IMG/VR virus record: IMGVR_UViG_3300020186_000396 | Coordinates: 1-64,000 of that record | DNA: 64,000 nt | Origin: a virus | Strand: one strand, 5' to 3' | Part shown: in pieces, positions 38,638-48,059 of the stretch | How positions within the stretch are numbered: the stretch's first letter is position 1 | Layout: each line of letters starts with the position of its first letter | Translations under genes and position numbers: made by a program | Notes under the pieces: model-generated | The model's database searches: none | Told to the model about the DNA's origin: nothing | The model's input: the letters and a program-made list of their open reading frames with translations, nothing else

Positions 38638-39365
38638 GGCTTCTTCTTCATAAAAAAACTTAGCAGCATCATGAGGAAGTTGTAAAGCTGACCCACCATT
38701 CCTTGCTGAATAGGTCCGTCATCTACCTCGCCAAGCTCGCGCGGTTCAAATTCTACGAAGGAATGAACAATTGGCATGTCCAACGGGGCTTCGAATTCAA
38801 CGTGGTCGTCAGTAAAGTTTTCGGCAGTTACATTAGCTAGTGCTTGTTCGAATAGTGTTACCTTCATAAAAGCATCTGAATATGCGGTCACGGCGCGCGT
38901 ATAATCGGCTTCAGGGGCAGTGTAATACCCTTGTTGTCTCAGGAGCTTAGAGAATCCAGAAGGGCTTCCTGCCTCAACCTGGGCCCAAGCAATGGTGTAC
39001 CGTTTGTTACGAAGTAAATTAAAATGGTGTTCAACGCCTAAGTCAAGGGTCGGGAAAGATCGAAACCATGAACCTGGATTTTCTGATTTTAGCTCTACTC
39101 GCTTACCGTTGATAATCTCCCACACGCCATTGAGTGCGCAGTACTCGATGATTTGACCTGCAACATCTGCCGCCTTGGAATTACCTATGTTATTGTTCCA
39201 ACAATAGGTTCCTTGACCAGTTTCAATTGACCATTGGGCAAAGATAATAGATATTTGTTTCTTGTTCGGGTAGGCGTCGTACGATTCCTTCCAAGCATGA
39301 ATCATAGCTTCTACAAAATCTAGTTTAGTAAATGTTGATCTAACCGTAGGAACTCTTTTAAGCAT
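38634..39365 (-). CDS. Putative peptidoglycan hydrolase (glucosaminidase/lysozyme-like)
   Basis: AQWSIETG, NN.GN.K, FRSF, GYYTA; start at ATG 39365. Confidence 0.65.
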   Translation of the reverse strand: MLKRVPTVRSTFTKLDFVEAMIHAWKESYDAYPNKKQISIIFAQWSIETGQGTYCWNNNIGNSKAADVAGQIIEYCALNGVWEIINGKRVELKSENPGSWFRSFPTLDLGVEHHFNLLRNKRYTIAWAQVEAGSPSGFSKLLRQQGYYTAPEADYTRAVTAYSDAFMKVTLFEQALANVTAENFTDDHVEFEAPLDMPIVHSFVEFEPRELGEVDDGPIQQGMVGQLYNFLMMLLSFFMKKKP

Positions 39366-39389
39366 ATCAATGGTGATATAACAAAGACG

Positions 39390-39995
39390 ATGGAAGAGAA
39401 AAGCATAATAAGAATTGAAGACCAGATTCAGTTTGCGTTTGAAAATTTCGGTGATTTCCCGCCTGAACAACAAAAAAAACTAATAGAAATTGTTCAAACT
39501 AAATTCAAAGTGGAGCAAATGAGCTGGCAGCTACGCGAGCCCGTGTTCTACGGTTTTGTTGCTTACTCTCTTCCGGTTGAGAACTACCCAATCAGGACAA
39601 TGGTTACTTCTTTGCTTTCTGAAGATCTATTTGGAAGACATTTAAAAGAGAACATTAACGAAGCAAAAATAGCTTTATTGCAAAACTTTACTACGCTTAT
39701 GAAATTCTATACCGGTGCTTCTGATATGAAATGGCAAAAGAATTTTGCCTTTCTTGATACAAGATTAGGCAACGCGTTAATCAACGCGCATTTAACTGAT
39801 ATCAAAAAAGAGTTACAAAACAGATATTGTTCTGATTATCGCCTTGATGGCTCAATCAGGCAGGTACTAGACCTATACCATGTTACAGGTTTAAAACTTG
39901 GAGATTTGGTTTTAACATTCAAATCCAGACCTAAACAGTTGGAACTTATTACAAAAGTTGTGCCAGAGGCTGCTAAATACGTCACCATGATCTAG
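39390..39995 (+). CDS. Hypothetical protein
   Basis: 201-aa ORF; C-terminal KYVTMI. Confidence 0.65.
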   Translation: MEEKSIIRIEDQIQFAFENFGDFPPEQQKKLIEIVQTKFKVEQMSWQLREPVFYGFVAYSLPVENYPIRTMVTSLLSEDLFGRHLKENINEAKIALLQNFTTLMKFYTGASDMKWQKNFAFLDTRLGNALINAHLTDIKKELQNRYCSDYRLDGSIRQVLDLYHVTGLKLGDLVLTFKSRPKQLELITKVVPEAAKYVTMI

Positions 39996-40036
39996 TTGCC
40001 GATGGTGCTAAGAAGCTATACAGTACAGTAACACAT

Positions 40037-40110
40037 GCGCTCGTAGCCTAATGGATAAGGCCCCAAACTTCTAATTTGGTTTTTTGCAGGTTCGAGCCCT
40101 GCCGAGCGCG
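40037..40110 (+). tRNA. tRNA-Arg (anticodon TCT)
   Basis: Acceptor GCGCTCG/CGAGCGC; CCAAA-CTTCTAA-TTTGG; GCAGG-TTCGAGC-CCTGC; no encoded CCA. Confidence 0.92.
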
Positions 40111-40162
40111 CTATATCGATACGATTTCGGACGGTTAAAAGCGAGCGGTTATATACCGCTTT

Positions 40163-40726
40163 ATGAAGATTCGCAATTTACTTCCGTTTTTATTTCCACT
40201 CGTTCTCCTGTCTTCCGGATGCTCTCCGTCGAAGGTAGTCACCCCGCCAGTTGCGGCCCCGATACCGGCAGCAAGTCCGGTTAAACCTGCATTTGTTCCA
40301 CCAACTGGCTGGAAAACTGTTAGCGGTAAAGGTTTTGCTTTTGCTGTTCCAAAAACAGTTAGCGAGGTCAAAGGCGCACCAGGCGAAGAGTTTGCTAAGT
40401 TTGCTGCCAAATCTGAGGATAATAATTTTCTATTGGGATTTGATTACAAAGATAATATCAAAACAGTTAATCGAATGTCAAAGCAGATTATGGAATCTTT
40501 AGCTGATATCGATGCTGAGGTTCAACAAATCAAACAGGTAGAGGTGGACGAATATGATGGAGCAGTGTTTCTAGCCGTGCACGGCAACCATGTGTTTATG
40601 GTATATGTTTTTGTTAAAGATCAAATAGGGTATCAAATTTCATGCGGCACTCCGGATAAATCTGAAGCTCAGAAAATGGTCGATGCCTGTGAGGCCATCG
40701 TCGATACTTTCAAATTTACTAAATGA
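40163..40726 (+). CDS. Putative lipoprotein (PsbP-like fold)
   Basis: Signal peptide with SSGC lipobox, Pro-rich linker. Confidence 0.6.
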   Translation: MKIRNLLPFLFPLVLLSSGCSPSKVVTPPVAAPIPAASPVKPAFVPPTGWKTVSGKGFAFAVPKTVSEVKGAPGEEFAKFAAKSEDNNFLLGFDYKDNIKTVNRMSKQIMESLADIDAEVQQIKQVEVDEYDGAVFLAVHGNHVFMVYVFVKDQIGYQISCGTPDKSEAQKMVDACEAIVDTFKFTK

Positions 40727-41457
40727 AAATTCGGCAAGGTATTTTACTAGCGGCAGGAACAGGTTCACGCCTGCACCCATTAACGCTAACAATGAACAAA
40801 CATATGATTCCGGTCTACGACCGTCATATGATAGAGTACCCTATCGAAACGCTTCGTCAGCTTGGTTGTGAGACAGTCACGATCGTTATAGGCGGGGACC
40901 AAATAGGATTTGGTCAAATCGTATCCTTCCTAAAGGATGGCGAACAATTTGGAATGAAATTCAATTATGTTTATCAGATGAAGCCTTCTGGTATTGCTCA
41001 GGCCATTAATCTTTGCGAGGACTACATTAAAGATGATAAGTTCGCAGTCATTCTTGGCGACAACATATATGAAAAGAAAATCAACTTCACCAATCCTAAG
41101 CCTGGCGCTCAGATCGTTTTGTGTCAGCACCCAGAGATCAATCGCTTTGGAGTCGCTTCTATTTTAAACGGCTCGATCGTTAACATTGTGGAAAAGCCAC
41201 AAATTATTGATGAAACGTTAGATAATTTTGCAATCACTGGCCTTTACATATTTGATCAAAACTACTTTTCTTTTTATCCTCAGTTGAAACCATCATCTAG
41301 AGGTGAATATGAAATAACGGACATGATGAAAATTTACCATCGAGACAAAGACCTTTACTATACAATAAGTAATGGGTGGTGGTCTGATACCGGTACATTT
41401 GAATCTATACAGTCAGTTAGCAATAGAATCAGAGAAAAAATCATTTTAGCCAAATGA
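40723..41457 (+). CDS. Glucose-1-phosphate thymidylyltransferase (RmlA-like)
   Basis: LAAGTGSRLHPLT...NKH, GIAQA, LGDN, EKP, RGEYEITD, W.DTGT. Confidence 0.92.
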   Translation: MKIRQGILLAAGTGSRLHPLTLTMNKHMIPVYDRHMIEYPIETLRQLGCETVTIVIGGDQIGFGQIVSFLKDGEQFGMKFNYVYQMKPSGIAQAINLCEDYIKDDKFAVILGDNIYEKKINFTNPKPGAQIVLCQHPEINRFGVASILNGSIVNIVEKPQIIDETLDNFAITGLYIFDQNYFSFYPQLKPSSRGEYEITDMMKIYHRDKDLYYTISNGWWSDTGTFESIQSVSNRIREKIILAK

Positions 41458-41484
41458 TTTGAACTGGATCGATATACGATATGT

Positions 41485-42360
41485 ATGCGAACAGTTGTCA
41501 TAGGAAAAGGTTTCATTGAGTCTCATATAAGTGCATCTGACTTTGGGCAGCGGCCGGGGTACAAAGCTTGCGACTATAGATTCGAGCCCTCTAAAGAGAG
41601 CATCGAACGCTTCATAGATAAAGCCAAGCCTGACGTAGTCATCAACTGTTTAGGTAAAACAGGACGACCTAACGTCGACTGGTGTGAGACTCATAAGGAT
41701 GATACGATGATCGCGAATGTGACGATCCCGACGCTTTTAGCTGAGGTCACGCATCGTCACGGAATACAGCTCGTCCATATCGGTTCGGGTTGTATTTTTT
41801 ACGGACTGTCTCCTAACGCAGGAGACCCAATGGACCGAGACTTTAGAGGCGATCCTGGCTGGAAAGAAACTGATTTTGCAAATTCTAAATCTTATTATTC
41901 GAAATCAAAATATTCGTGTGATTTAGCAATCTCGGATTTTGATAACGTTTGCATTTTGCGCATCAGGATGCCAGTCTCTGCTAGTTTCGTACCACGCAAT
42001 TATATCACTAAAATATTAGGGTACTCCTCTATTATTGGAGCTTCAAACTCCGTTACATTTATGGATGATTTCGTCAAAGCTGCGGCGTGGACGATTGACA
42101 AGTCGAAACGAGGGGTTTACCATGTTACCAACCCAGATCCCGTTACTCCGATGGATTTCCTGTCGGAATACCAGAAGTACGTACCTGGGCACACATATAG
42201 CGTGATTAATGAGAAGCAGCTCGATGCGCTCACTATAGCCCCAAGGTCTAATTGTATAATTGATAGCTCAAAAATCATCGGTGAAGGTTTACGACTATCA
42301 TCCTCAAAAGATCTAATTGAGGATTACATGAAACGTTTCGTTACATCAATGGAGCATTAA
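41485..42360 (+). CDS. NDP-4-keto-6-deoxyglucose epimerase/reductase (RmlD/NRS-ER-like)
   Basis: GKTGRPNVDWCE, SGCIF, YSKSK, LRIRMP, APRSNC. Confidence 0.85.
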   Translation: MRTVVIGKGFIESHISASDFGQRPGYKACDYRFEPSKESIERFIDKAKPDVVINCLGKTGRPNVDWCETHKDDTMIANVTIPTLLAEVTHRHGIQLVHIGSGCIFYGLSPNAGDPMDRDFRGDPGWKETDFANSKSYYSKSKYSCDLAISDFDNVCILRIRMPVSASFVPRNYITKILGYSSIIGASNSVTFMDDFVKAAAWTIDKSKRGVYHVTNPDPVTPMDFLSEYQKYVPGHTYSVINEKQLDALTIAPRSNCIIDSSKIIGEGLRLSSSKDLIEDYMKRFVTSMEH

Positions 42361-42639
42361 ATGGCTAGCGAAAAGCTCTCTATACCTCTTACTGCAACGC
42401 AGGACCGCAATGGTAAAAAGTATTACATGGGACGCGTTCAATTTCCGGGGACACTGAATCTCCGACGTGGTGCCGTGTTCTGGGTGTTCACCAGTGAGTC
42501 AGGTCAGGAAGAAATCCAGATCGGTGTCATGGACAAGAAGAAGGACAAAGAGCGTCAAGCCAAACGCTTAGAGAGAGAAGCTGTCTCGGGTGAATCTGCG
42601 CCAGATGTCTCTAGACGTGGTAACCAAGGTAATTACTAA
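42361..42639 (+). CDS. Hypothetical protein
   Basis: 92-aa ORF. Confidence 0.6.
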   Translation: MASEKLSIPLTATQDRNGKKYYMGRVQFPGTLNLRRGAVFWVFTSESGQEEIQIGVMDKKKDKERQAKRLEREAVSGESAPDVSRRGNQGNY

Positions 42640-42962
42640 TGAAACATTTCGAAAACTTATGGGATGACGCCGAAAAAATAAAAGGTCCGTCTGATCGAGA
42701 TGAAATTTCGGCTAAAATCAAAAAGTTACTTGATACTTACACTGGTATACATAGAAGCGGTGGAGGTACTCATATCGGCTACCCTGTTGGCTTCACAGAA
42801 GCTGCTAAACAGAAAGCAATGGGCGACATATTGTTTCTGCTTGCAAACCTATCTGCAATGGACACGATAGACGTCTACAAAGCCTTATCAGAGGCAATTG
42901 AACGCGCCGATATTAGATCTCTAGGTGTTCCTGATGAAAAACATAAAAGTATTGATTCTTAG
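42639..42962 (+). CDS. Hypothetical protein, weakly MazG-like
   Basis: MGDILFLLANL....IDV..AL. Confidence 0.45.
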   Translation: MKHFENLWDDAEKIKGPSDRDEISAKIKKLLDTYTGIHRSGGGTHIGYPVGFTEAAKQKAMGDILFLLANLSAMDTIDVYKALSEAIERADIRSLGVPDEKHKSIDS

Positions 42963-43626
42963 CGCTATTTATTCTGCTGTCATGACTTTTGGCCACGAGG
43001 CCATCGCAAACCCACCAATTGCGTTACCGCTGGCTTCCGAGAAGCTAGGTAAACCTATTCAGCTGTCAGGGTGCCCTGGTTTGCGCGTTGTGGAGTGGCG
43101 AGCCAGTCAAGAGTGGTCGTACACGTCGCAGAGTGACGATGGCGTAAAGGTTATGGAGAAAGCGTGCCAAACCACATTGGTGCGCTATCCAGAATTTCTG
43201 CGTTCTAAAAAATTAGAATTCAAACAGGAATCATTCTCTGTCGATATGGCTCTTATTCCAGCCAACACTATTGGTGATGGTAAAGAGTCACGAAACATGA
43301 ATGACGTTAACGGTCGATTTCAAATCGTACAGCCTAATTGCTGTTCGTGGGGAATTTATGATTCCCAATTATCGTTCCTATTTCTTCGTAATGACCCCAT
43401 CTCAATTCATGGTGGGAAGAGCGTTACGAACAAGTATTTCGTCAGAACGTTCTTTCACGAGTTGGGGCACGTGCTGAATCACAAGTGGCACGTCAAAGAA
43501 CGTTATTTTCCTAACAATCCGTCAGAGGACGAGAAGCTCGTTGAAGAGTGGGTTTCGTACCTTGGGATTACGTTCGCCACCGAATCTTCATCTGAAGATT
43601 GGATGATGAAAAAACGTAGCCAATGA
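42925..43626 (+). CDS. Exported zincin-like metalloprotease
   Basis: Signal peptide; HELGH plus downstream E. Confidence 0.6.
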   Translation: MFLMKNIKVLILSAIYSAVMTFGHEAIANPPIALPLASEKLGKPIQLSGCPGLRVVEWRASQEWSYTSQSDDGVKVMEKACQTTLVRYPEFLRSKKLEFKQESFSVDMALIPANTIGDGKESRNMNDVNGRFQIVQPNCCSWGIYDSQLSFLFLRNDPISIHGGKSVTNKYFVRTFFHELGHVLNHKWHVKERYFPNNPSEDEKLVEEWVSYLGITFATESSSEDWMMKKRSQ

Positions 43627-43802
43627 AACATTACGCTAAACGGAATCGGCACATTTGTTATAACATGCGTTACAACAGTTACACGGCTTGGGTCGCTTAT
43701 CAAACGGCGGAAGAACACCAGCCAGTGGGCACTTATGTTGGTTTGTACCGCTGCTTCCGCAGCGGCAAACATTAGCTACATCGAGTAGCTTTTTGGTTTT
43801 AT

Positions 43803-43994
43803 TTTTCTCCAAAAAGAATACCCCTCCCCTTACGAGATAGAGTTTATAATTGCGATGCCTGCGGCATCGCCATCGATAGAGATATTAATGCAGCAATAAA
43901 TGTTAGAAGGCTCGGTACGAGCCTTGCGATATCCGGAGAAATAAATTCGCCGGATACTTTCAGAAGCCTCGCCCTTTAGGGCGAGGTAGTTCAC
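43803..43994 (+). mobile_element. Non-autonomous tnpB-element derivative (192 bp), copy D, independent deletion
   Basis: TTAT; half of the left hairpin joined via CCTT to the tnpB 3' end and right end TAGTTCAC. Confidence 0.92.
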
Positions 43995-44443
43995 TTTTCT
44001 TCATGCAACGTTCGTTTTAGATGGTAACAGGCGCTTTCGCGATTGTTTGCGATGCCCATGATCATATCATCCAGACCGTCTGTCATTTCTTTTTCATGTT
44101 CTTCTTTGAGAATACTGAAGAAATTTTTAGAATACGCCAAGAATTTTTCTTCTAAAGCTAGCGATTTGGAAACGATATTATCGTCATCATCCATTGAGGT
44201 AAGTACCTGATATTGTAATTCTATTTGTGCTTTCGTATCAAGGCACTCATCTCCGAATAGGCTTACGAACTTTTCTGACGCTTCATCTGCATCGTGTTCA
44301 GCTGATTTGTACAGCTTCTCAAACATTAAATGTAGTGCGTAGAAATTTGGGCCTGATGCAATCCAATGATGCTGCTGATGTAAAAAATACAACGCCCTGA
44401 GATACGAAACATAAATACCAATAGATTTATTGAGTTTTTCCAT
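43991..44443 (-). CDS. Dps/ferritin-like protein
   Basis: HW...GPNFYALHLMFEKLY......D...E. Confidence 0.82.
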   Translation of the reverse strand: MEKLNKSIGIYVSYLRALYFLHQQHHWIASGPNFYALHLMFEKLYKSAEHDADEASEKFVSLFGDECLDTKAQIELQYQVLTSMDDDDNIVSKSLALEEKFLAYSKNFFSILKEEHEKEMTDGLDDMIMGIANNRESACYHLKRTLHEEK

Positions 44444-45069
44444 TATAGCTCGCCATTCAAAAATTCTTCTACACCGCGCTCATTTACATTCAGTATTATT
44501 GGCTTGTCTTGATGCCCAACCAGACAGCAATGTTGATTGTATTTAATCGTGTCGGAGTAATTTTCTGAGCTGATTACGAATCCGAATCTGCCGTTGTACT
44601 CCGCTGCCCAGTTTATATCATCTCGTTCGTGAGCTAGCGTAATTTCAGTTTTTTGTTTTTCCCAATTTTTAATGGTGGGTAAAACCGCTCCACCAACGAT
44701 TGTGTATTTGGTCATCGCAGAAAATGTAACGGTTGCTGAAATGTATTTTTCTTTCAGCCATTGAATCGTTTCAAATGCTTCTGGATTGAAACCACAAGCA
44801 TCGGCGTACATCAAATCTTTGTACGAATACACATACACATATTTTTCGGAAAGCGTTCTAGCTAATGCAGTTTTCAACTGCATATCAGCGGTGCTTCCGG
44901 TTCTGGCCATCCCGCCGAGTAATATGCAAAGATCATGCTCTTTGGTGTTTTCTAACACATAATCCGGATCGTTAAAGAATCCGGTTACAACTGACATCTT
45001 TCCATTAAGCTTATTGACATCGAATGACTTCATAAAGCATTGATGCTTTAAATATTCATCTATCGACAC
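44443..45069 (-). CDS. Hypothetical protein, possibly a degenerate phosphoesterase fold
   Basis: Weak pattern; metal ligands absent. Confidence 0.45.
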   Translation of the reverse strand: MSIDEYLKHQCFMKSFDVNKLNGKMSVVTGFFNDPDYVLENTKEHDLCILLGGMARTGSTADMQLKTALARTLSEKYVYVYSYKDLMYADACGFNPEAFETIQWLKEKYISATVTFSAMTKYTIVGGAVLPTIKNWEKQKTEITLAHERDDINWAAEYNGRFGFVISSENYSDTIKYNQHCCLVGHQDKPIILNVNERGVEEFLNGEL

Positions 45070-45520
45070 CGACGATGTCTGAGGTTTTTTCCTAAAAGCT
45101 TTAGGTCCAAACCCGGCGTCCGGTAGCCTAGTAGGCCTGTTGAGATTTTGCAGGGCCGTTTACGGCGGATTAAAGCGGTGTTTCAAACAAGACCATCACG
45201 TAGCCCGTTGGTTTCTAAATGCAATGAACCGACGATGTTATTGTGAAAGTCGAGATCGACATCAGGATCGATTCGGTTTACAACACTCGACATTTATCCT
45301 GAAAACCTATAGGAAAGATATACAGGAGAGAGATCTCTCTGATATAAGAGATCTCTGAGATCCTCTCTCTGTACCTCTCTCGCTTTCTCTTTCGTACCTC
45401 AGAGAAAGCTCCGCGATTTCGCCCCGCCCTGTCGGGGTTTTCTTTTTGGCGTTTAATGCCTTTCAACCATTTTGTCGAGATCGTCACCGACAACACATAA
45501 AATCTTTTCGAGAGCTAACT

Positions 45521-45832
45521 GTGAAATCGATCAATTTTGGAAACAATCGTGAAGATCTTGCCCGACTCATTGCGAAACACTTTCCAATTCAGATTAAAAG
45601 CATCGACTCGATTGTTACCAGGATTCATGAGCAATATCCTACCGTTGACCGTTCAGTGATCTCGACTGTGGTGGCTTCATTTTTTACCGTGCTACGCACA
45701 GAACTTTTGGACGGAAAGCTTATTAACTTCGTTAAGTATTTGCCCTCGATGGGCATTTTCGTTTACGAAAGAAACAATGCTTTGGTTATAAAACCGAAAC
45801 TTAAAACTCCCGAATCGCTGAAGGCAAAATGA
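45521..45832 (+). CDS. HU/IHF-like protein, divergent
   Basis: VV.SFF..L..ELL.GK.I.F; GTG start at 45521 assumed. Confidence 0.45.
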   Translation: MKSINFGNNREDLARLIAKHFPIQIKSIDSIVTRIHEQYPTVDRSVISTVVASFFTVLRTELLDGKLINFVKYLPSMGIFVYERNNALVIKPKLKTPESLKAK

Positions 45833-46176
45833 AAGAATTAGAACTCGATCTAATCGACGATATTGAAGACGACCTTAACGACGATCTCGGCGACGATACG
45901 GAAGAACCTGATCTGTTAGAAAACAACGTTGATTTCACTGCGGAGTTACAGGATACGTTTTCAACGAATCTTTGTGACGTCATTATAACGTTTCGATATC
46001 TTGGTGTGTTTAAAGCCCGAGCAATTGCGTGCATGAAAGAACTCGCGCAACGTCGGGCAAATGGCGATACGTTTGAATTTGAGGAATACATTCAGACTCA
46101 GATGAAAACGATGCCGAATATAAACGCCGCCATTCCGAAATATTCTTTGCCGCTTAGCGGATTGTTTAAGAAATGA
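45829..46176 (+). CDS. Acidic hypothetical protein
   Basis: ATGA overlap. Confidence 0.65.
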   Translation: MKELELDLIDDIEDDLNDDLGDDTEEPDLLENNVDFTAELQDTFSTNLCDVIITFRYLGVFKARAIACMKELAQRRANGDTFEFEEYIQTQMKTMPNINAAIPKYSLPLSGLFKK

Positions 46177-46664
46177 ATCAACTTCAAGTCGAAATCATTC
46201 GACGCGTATTTCATGATTTTGGAATATCGATCGTCAATGCTAAACCGATTCACGATTTGGTGATGAACGACGAAACTCTTTGCAAGTTTACATTGCCGCT
46301 GGAGGTAGACGGAACTCCTACTCAAAAACTTATATGGTCCGCGCAGTTAGAGGTTGCGGGCACTTTGGTGCGAGTCATAATGTCAGATGTGTCAGATGAC
46401 GACTTTTGTGAGATTGTTCTTGCATTGTCTGCGACAGACCTGCCACTATATGGGATTCGACTTTCCAACGATCCGGAAGATGAAGGCATCTTTAGTGTGC
46501 GGGCGGGGAATGAATGGGTTCCGGTAACGATTGGGATTCAGGCTAGCGTACTGAGCGGAATCGAAGGGCTCGACTCAATCGCAATGAATTGGAAGCCCTG
46601 CGAAAACACAGAAGATTTACACGAAGCACTTATAAGTTTAATGAACGAGGGAGATGCGGAATGA
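46173..46664 (+). CDS. Hypothetical protein
   Basis: ATGA overlap, 163 aa. Confidence 0.7.
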   Translation: MNQLQVEIIRRVFHDFGISIVNAKPIHDLVMNDETLCKFTLPLEVDGTPTQKLIWSAQLEVAGTLVRVIMSDVSDDDFCEIVLALSATDLPLYGIRLSNDPEDEGIFSVRAGNEWVPVTIGIQASVLSGIEGLDSIAMNWKPCENTEDLHEALISLMNEGDAE

Positions 46665-47119
46665 GGGGAAAAAGCGTTGATATTGATTTCATTTCCGTCT
46701 TCGTTGAAGAATGTGTTGCCAAAGAGATGGCAACTCCCTCAGATATTGCTTCTGAGGCCAAGATTCGAATCAACAACATTGATCACGAGATTCGACGTAT
46801 CGAGACGCTTAAGAACGAGCGCTCTAAACTGGTCGACGTGGTCAACAGCTTCGATTCTGTTGATGAGGAAGCTGAGGACGAAAACAGCGTGTTTGCCACC
46901 GATGACTGCCTCTCAGACGACTTCACCAACCAGATTGCCAAATACATCGGCGCGAACCTAGCGGGCGTTTCGATCAAGCAGATCCTCCTTCAGTTCGGCG
47001 GAGACTCTCTGAAAGAGCAGATCTTTTTCTCCGTCAAGAAGCTGGCCGAGAGCGGGCTGACTGTTAGGAACACAGATCGGAATTTCGTTCCTGGTCCTAA
47101 ATGGAAGATGTCCGCGTAG
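46661..47119 (+). CDS. Coiled-coil plus winged-helix-like protein
   Basis: Start MRGKSV at the ATGA overlap. Confidence 0.6.
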   Translation: MRGKSVDIDFISVFVEECVAKEMATPSDIASEAKIRINNIDHEIRRIETLKNERSKLVDVVNSFDSVDEEAEDENSVFATDDCLSDDFTNQIAKYIGANLAGVSIKQILLQFGGDSLKEQIFFSVKKLAESGLTVRNTDRNFVPGPKWKMSA

Positions 47120-47135
47120 ACGGTATATGTTACGT

Positions 47136-47300
47136 ATGCTTCCAGATAATATTGACGAACAGATAGCGAAGTTACGTAAACGCAGAAGCGAGCTTGTTAA
47201 ACAGATTTGGGATATTGAGAGCGATATCATTTGTTTGAGAGAAATTAAGCTGAAGCACGCAGAAGTCGAACGACTCAAAGGCGATGTCGAGCAAAAATAA
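47136..47300 (+). CDS. Small coiled-coil protein (54 aa)
   Basis: MLPDNIDEQIAKLRKRRSEL...; -10-like box 6 nt upstream. Confidence 0.55.
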   Translation: MLPDNIDEQIAKLRKRRSELVKQIWDIESDIICLREIKLKHAEVERLKGDVEQK

Positions 47301-47625
47301 AGCCTATGCCAAACTTATTAAACGTTTAGTAAGTATTGATAAGGATAAGTTTTGCCGAATGCTTGCTGCTAAAACTAATGTACCGTTTGATCATGTGTAT
47401 GCGATTGTGAATCTATTGCTGGACGAAATGCAGAGAGAGTTTAGGAACGCACATTCTGTGAATGTTGTTAACTTTGGTAAATTCGAACTGATTCAACAGA
47501 AACCTAAAAAGATACTAAATATCAATACTGGTGCTCACCAAGTTGTCGAGCGCACGAAGCGATTGAAGTTTGTACTAGATCGCGCTCTTTCTTCTTTTAT
47601 TTCTAAATTCGTAGATATGGAGTGA
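47284..47625 (+). CDS. HU/IHF family DNA-binding protein
   Basis: V.VVNFGKFEL......NINTG......LKF. Confidence 0.8.
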   Translation: MSSKNKAYAKLIKRLVSIDKDKFCRMLAAKTNVPFDHVYAIVNLLLDEMQREFRNAHSVNVVNFGKFELIQQKPKKILNINTGAHQVVERTKRLKFVLDRALSSFISKFVDME

Positions 47626-48059
47626 ACATGGGACGTCGCGGACCTCGTCAAGTAGTTTTTGTTTGTAGCGCTGTTCTGAATAACAAGCTCGTCAGTGAAA
47701 TGATTGAGCAGGAGACCTCAGATGAGGCGACAAAGCGTTTTGTTGCTAAGCACAACAGTAACCCCGAATCGGTATTAGGACCATTCTATCGCAAGCGTAC
47801 TGGCGTTCTATTGAACAATCAGGCTCAGGTTCGTTTTACAGGGAAGTCTCGCACTGCCGTATTTAACGAATGGTATGTAAAAGCGATGATTTTGGAGCTT
47901 CCGGAAGATTGCGTCTGGGTTTTCTTTGATGCCCGCGTTGACGGTAAGAAGCAGCCGAAACCGCAGTCTTTCATTATGAAAACTGAGGAAATCACCTTCC
48001 TTACTCAGGATGAGGAACTTAAATATAAAGCGATGATTACCGGACAAGTTTCCGTCTAA
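47622..48059 (+). CDS. Hypothetical protein
   Basis: 145-aa ORF. Confidence 0.65.
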   Translation: MNMGRRGPRQVVFVCSAVLNNKLVSEMIEQETSDEATKRFVAKHNSNPESVLGPFYRKRTGVLLNNQAQVRFTGKSRTAVFNEWYVKAMILELPEDCVWVFFDARVDGKKQPKPQSFIMKTEEITFLTQDEELKYKAMITGQVSV

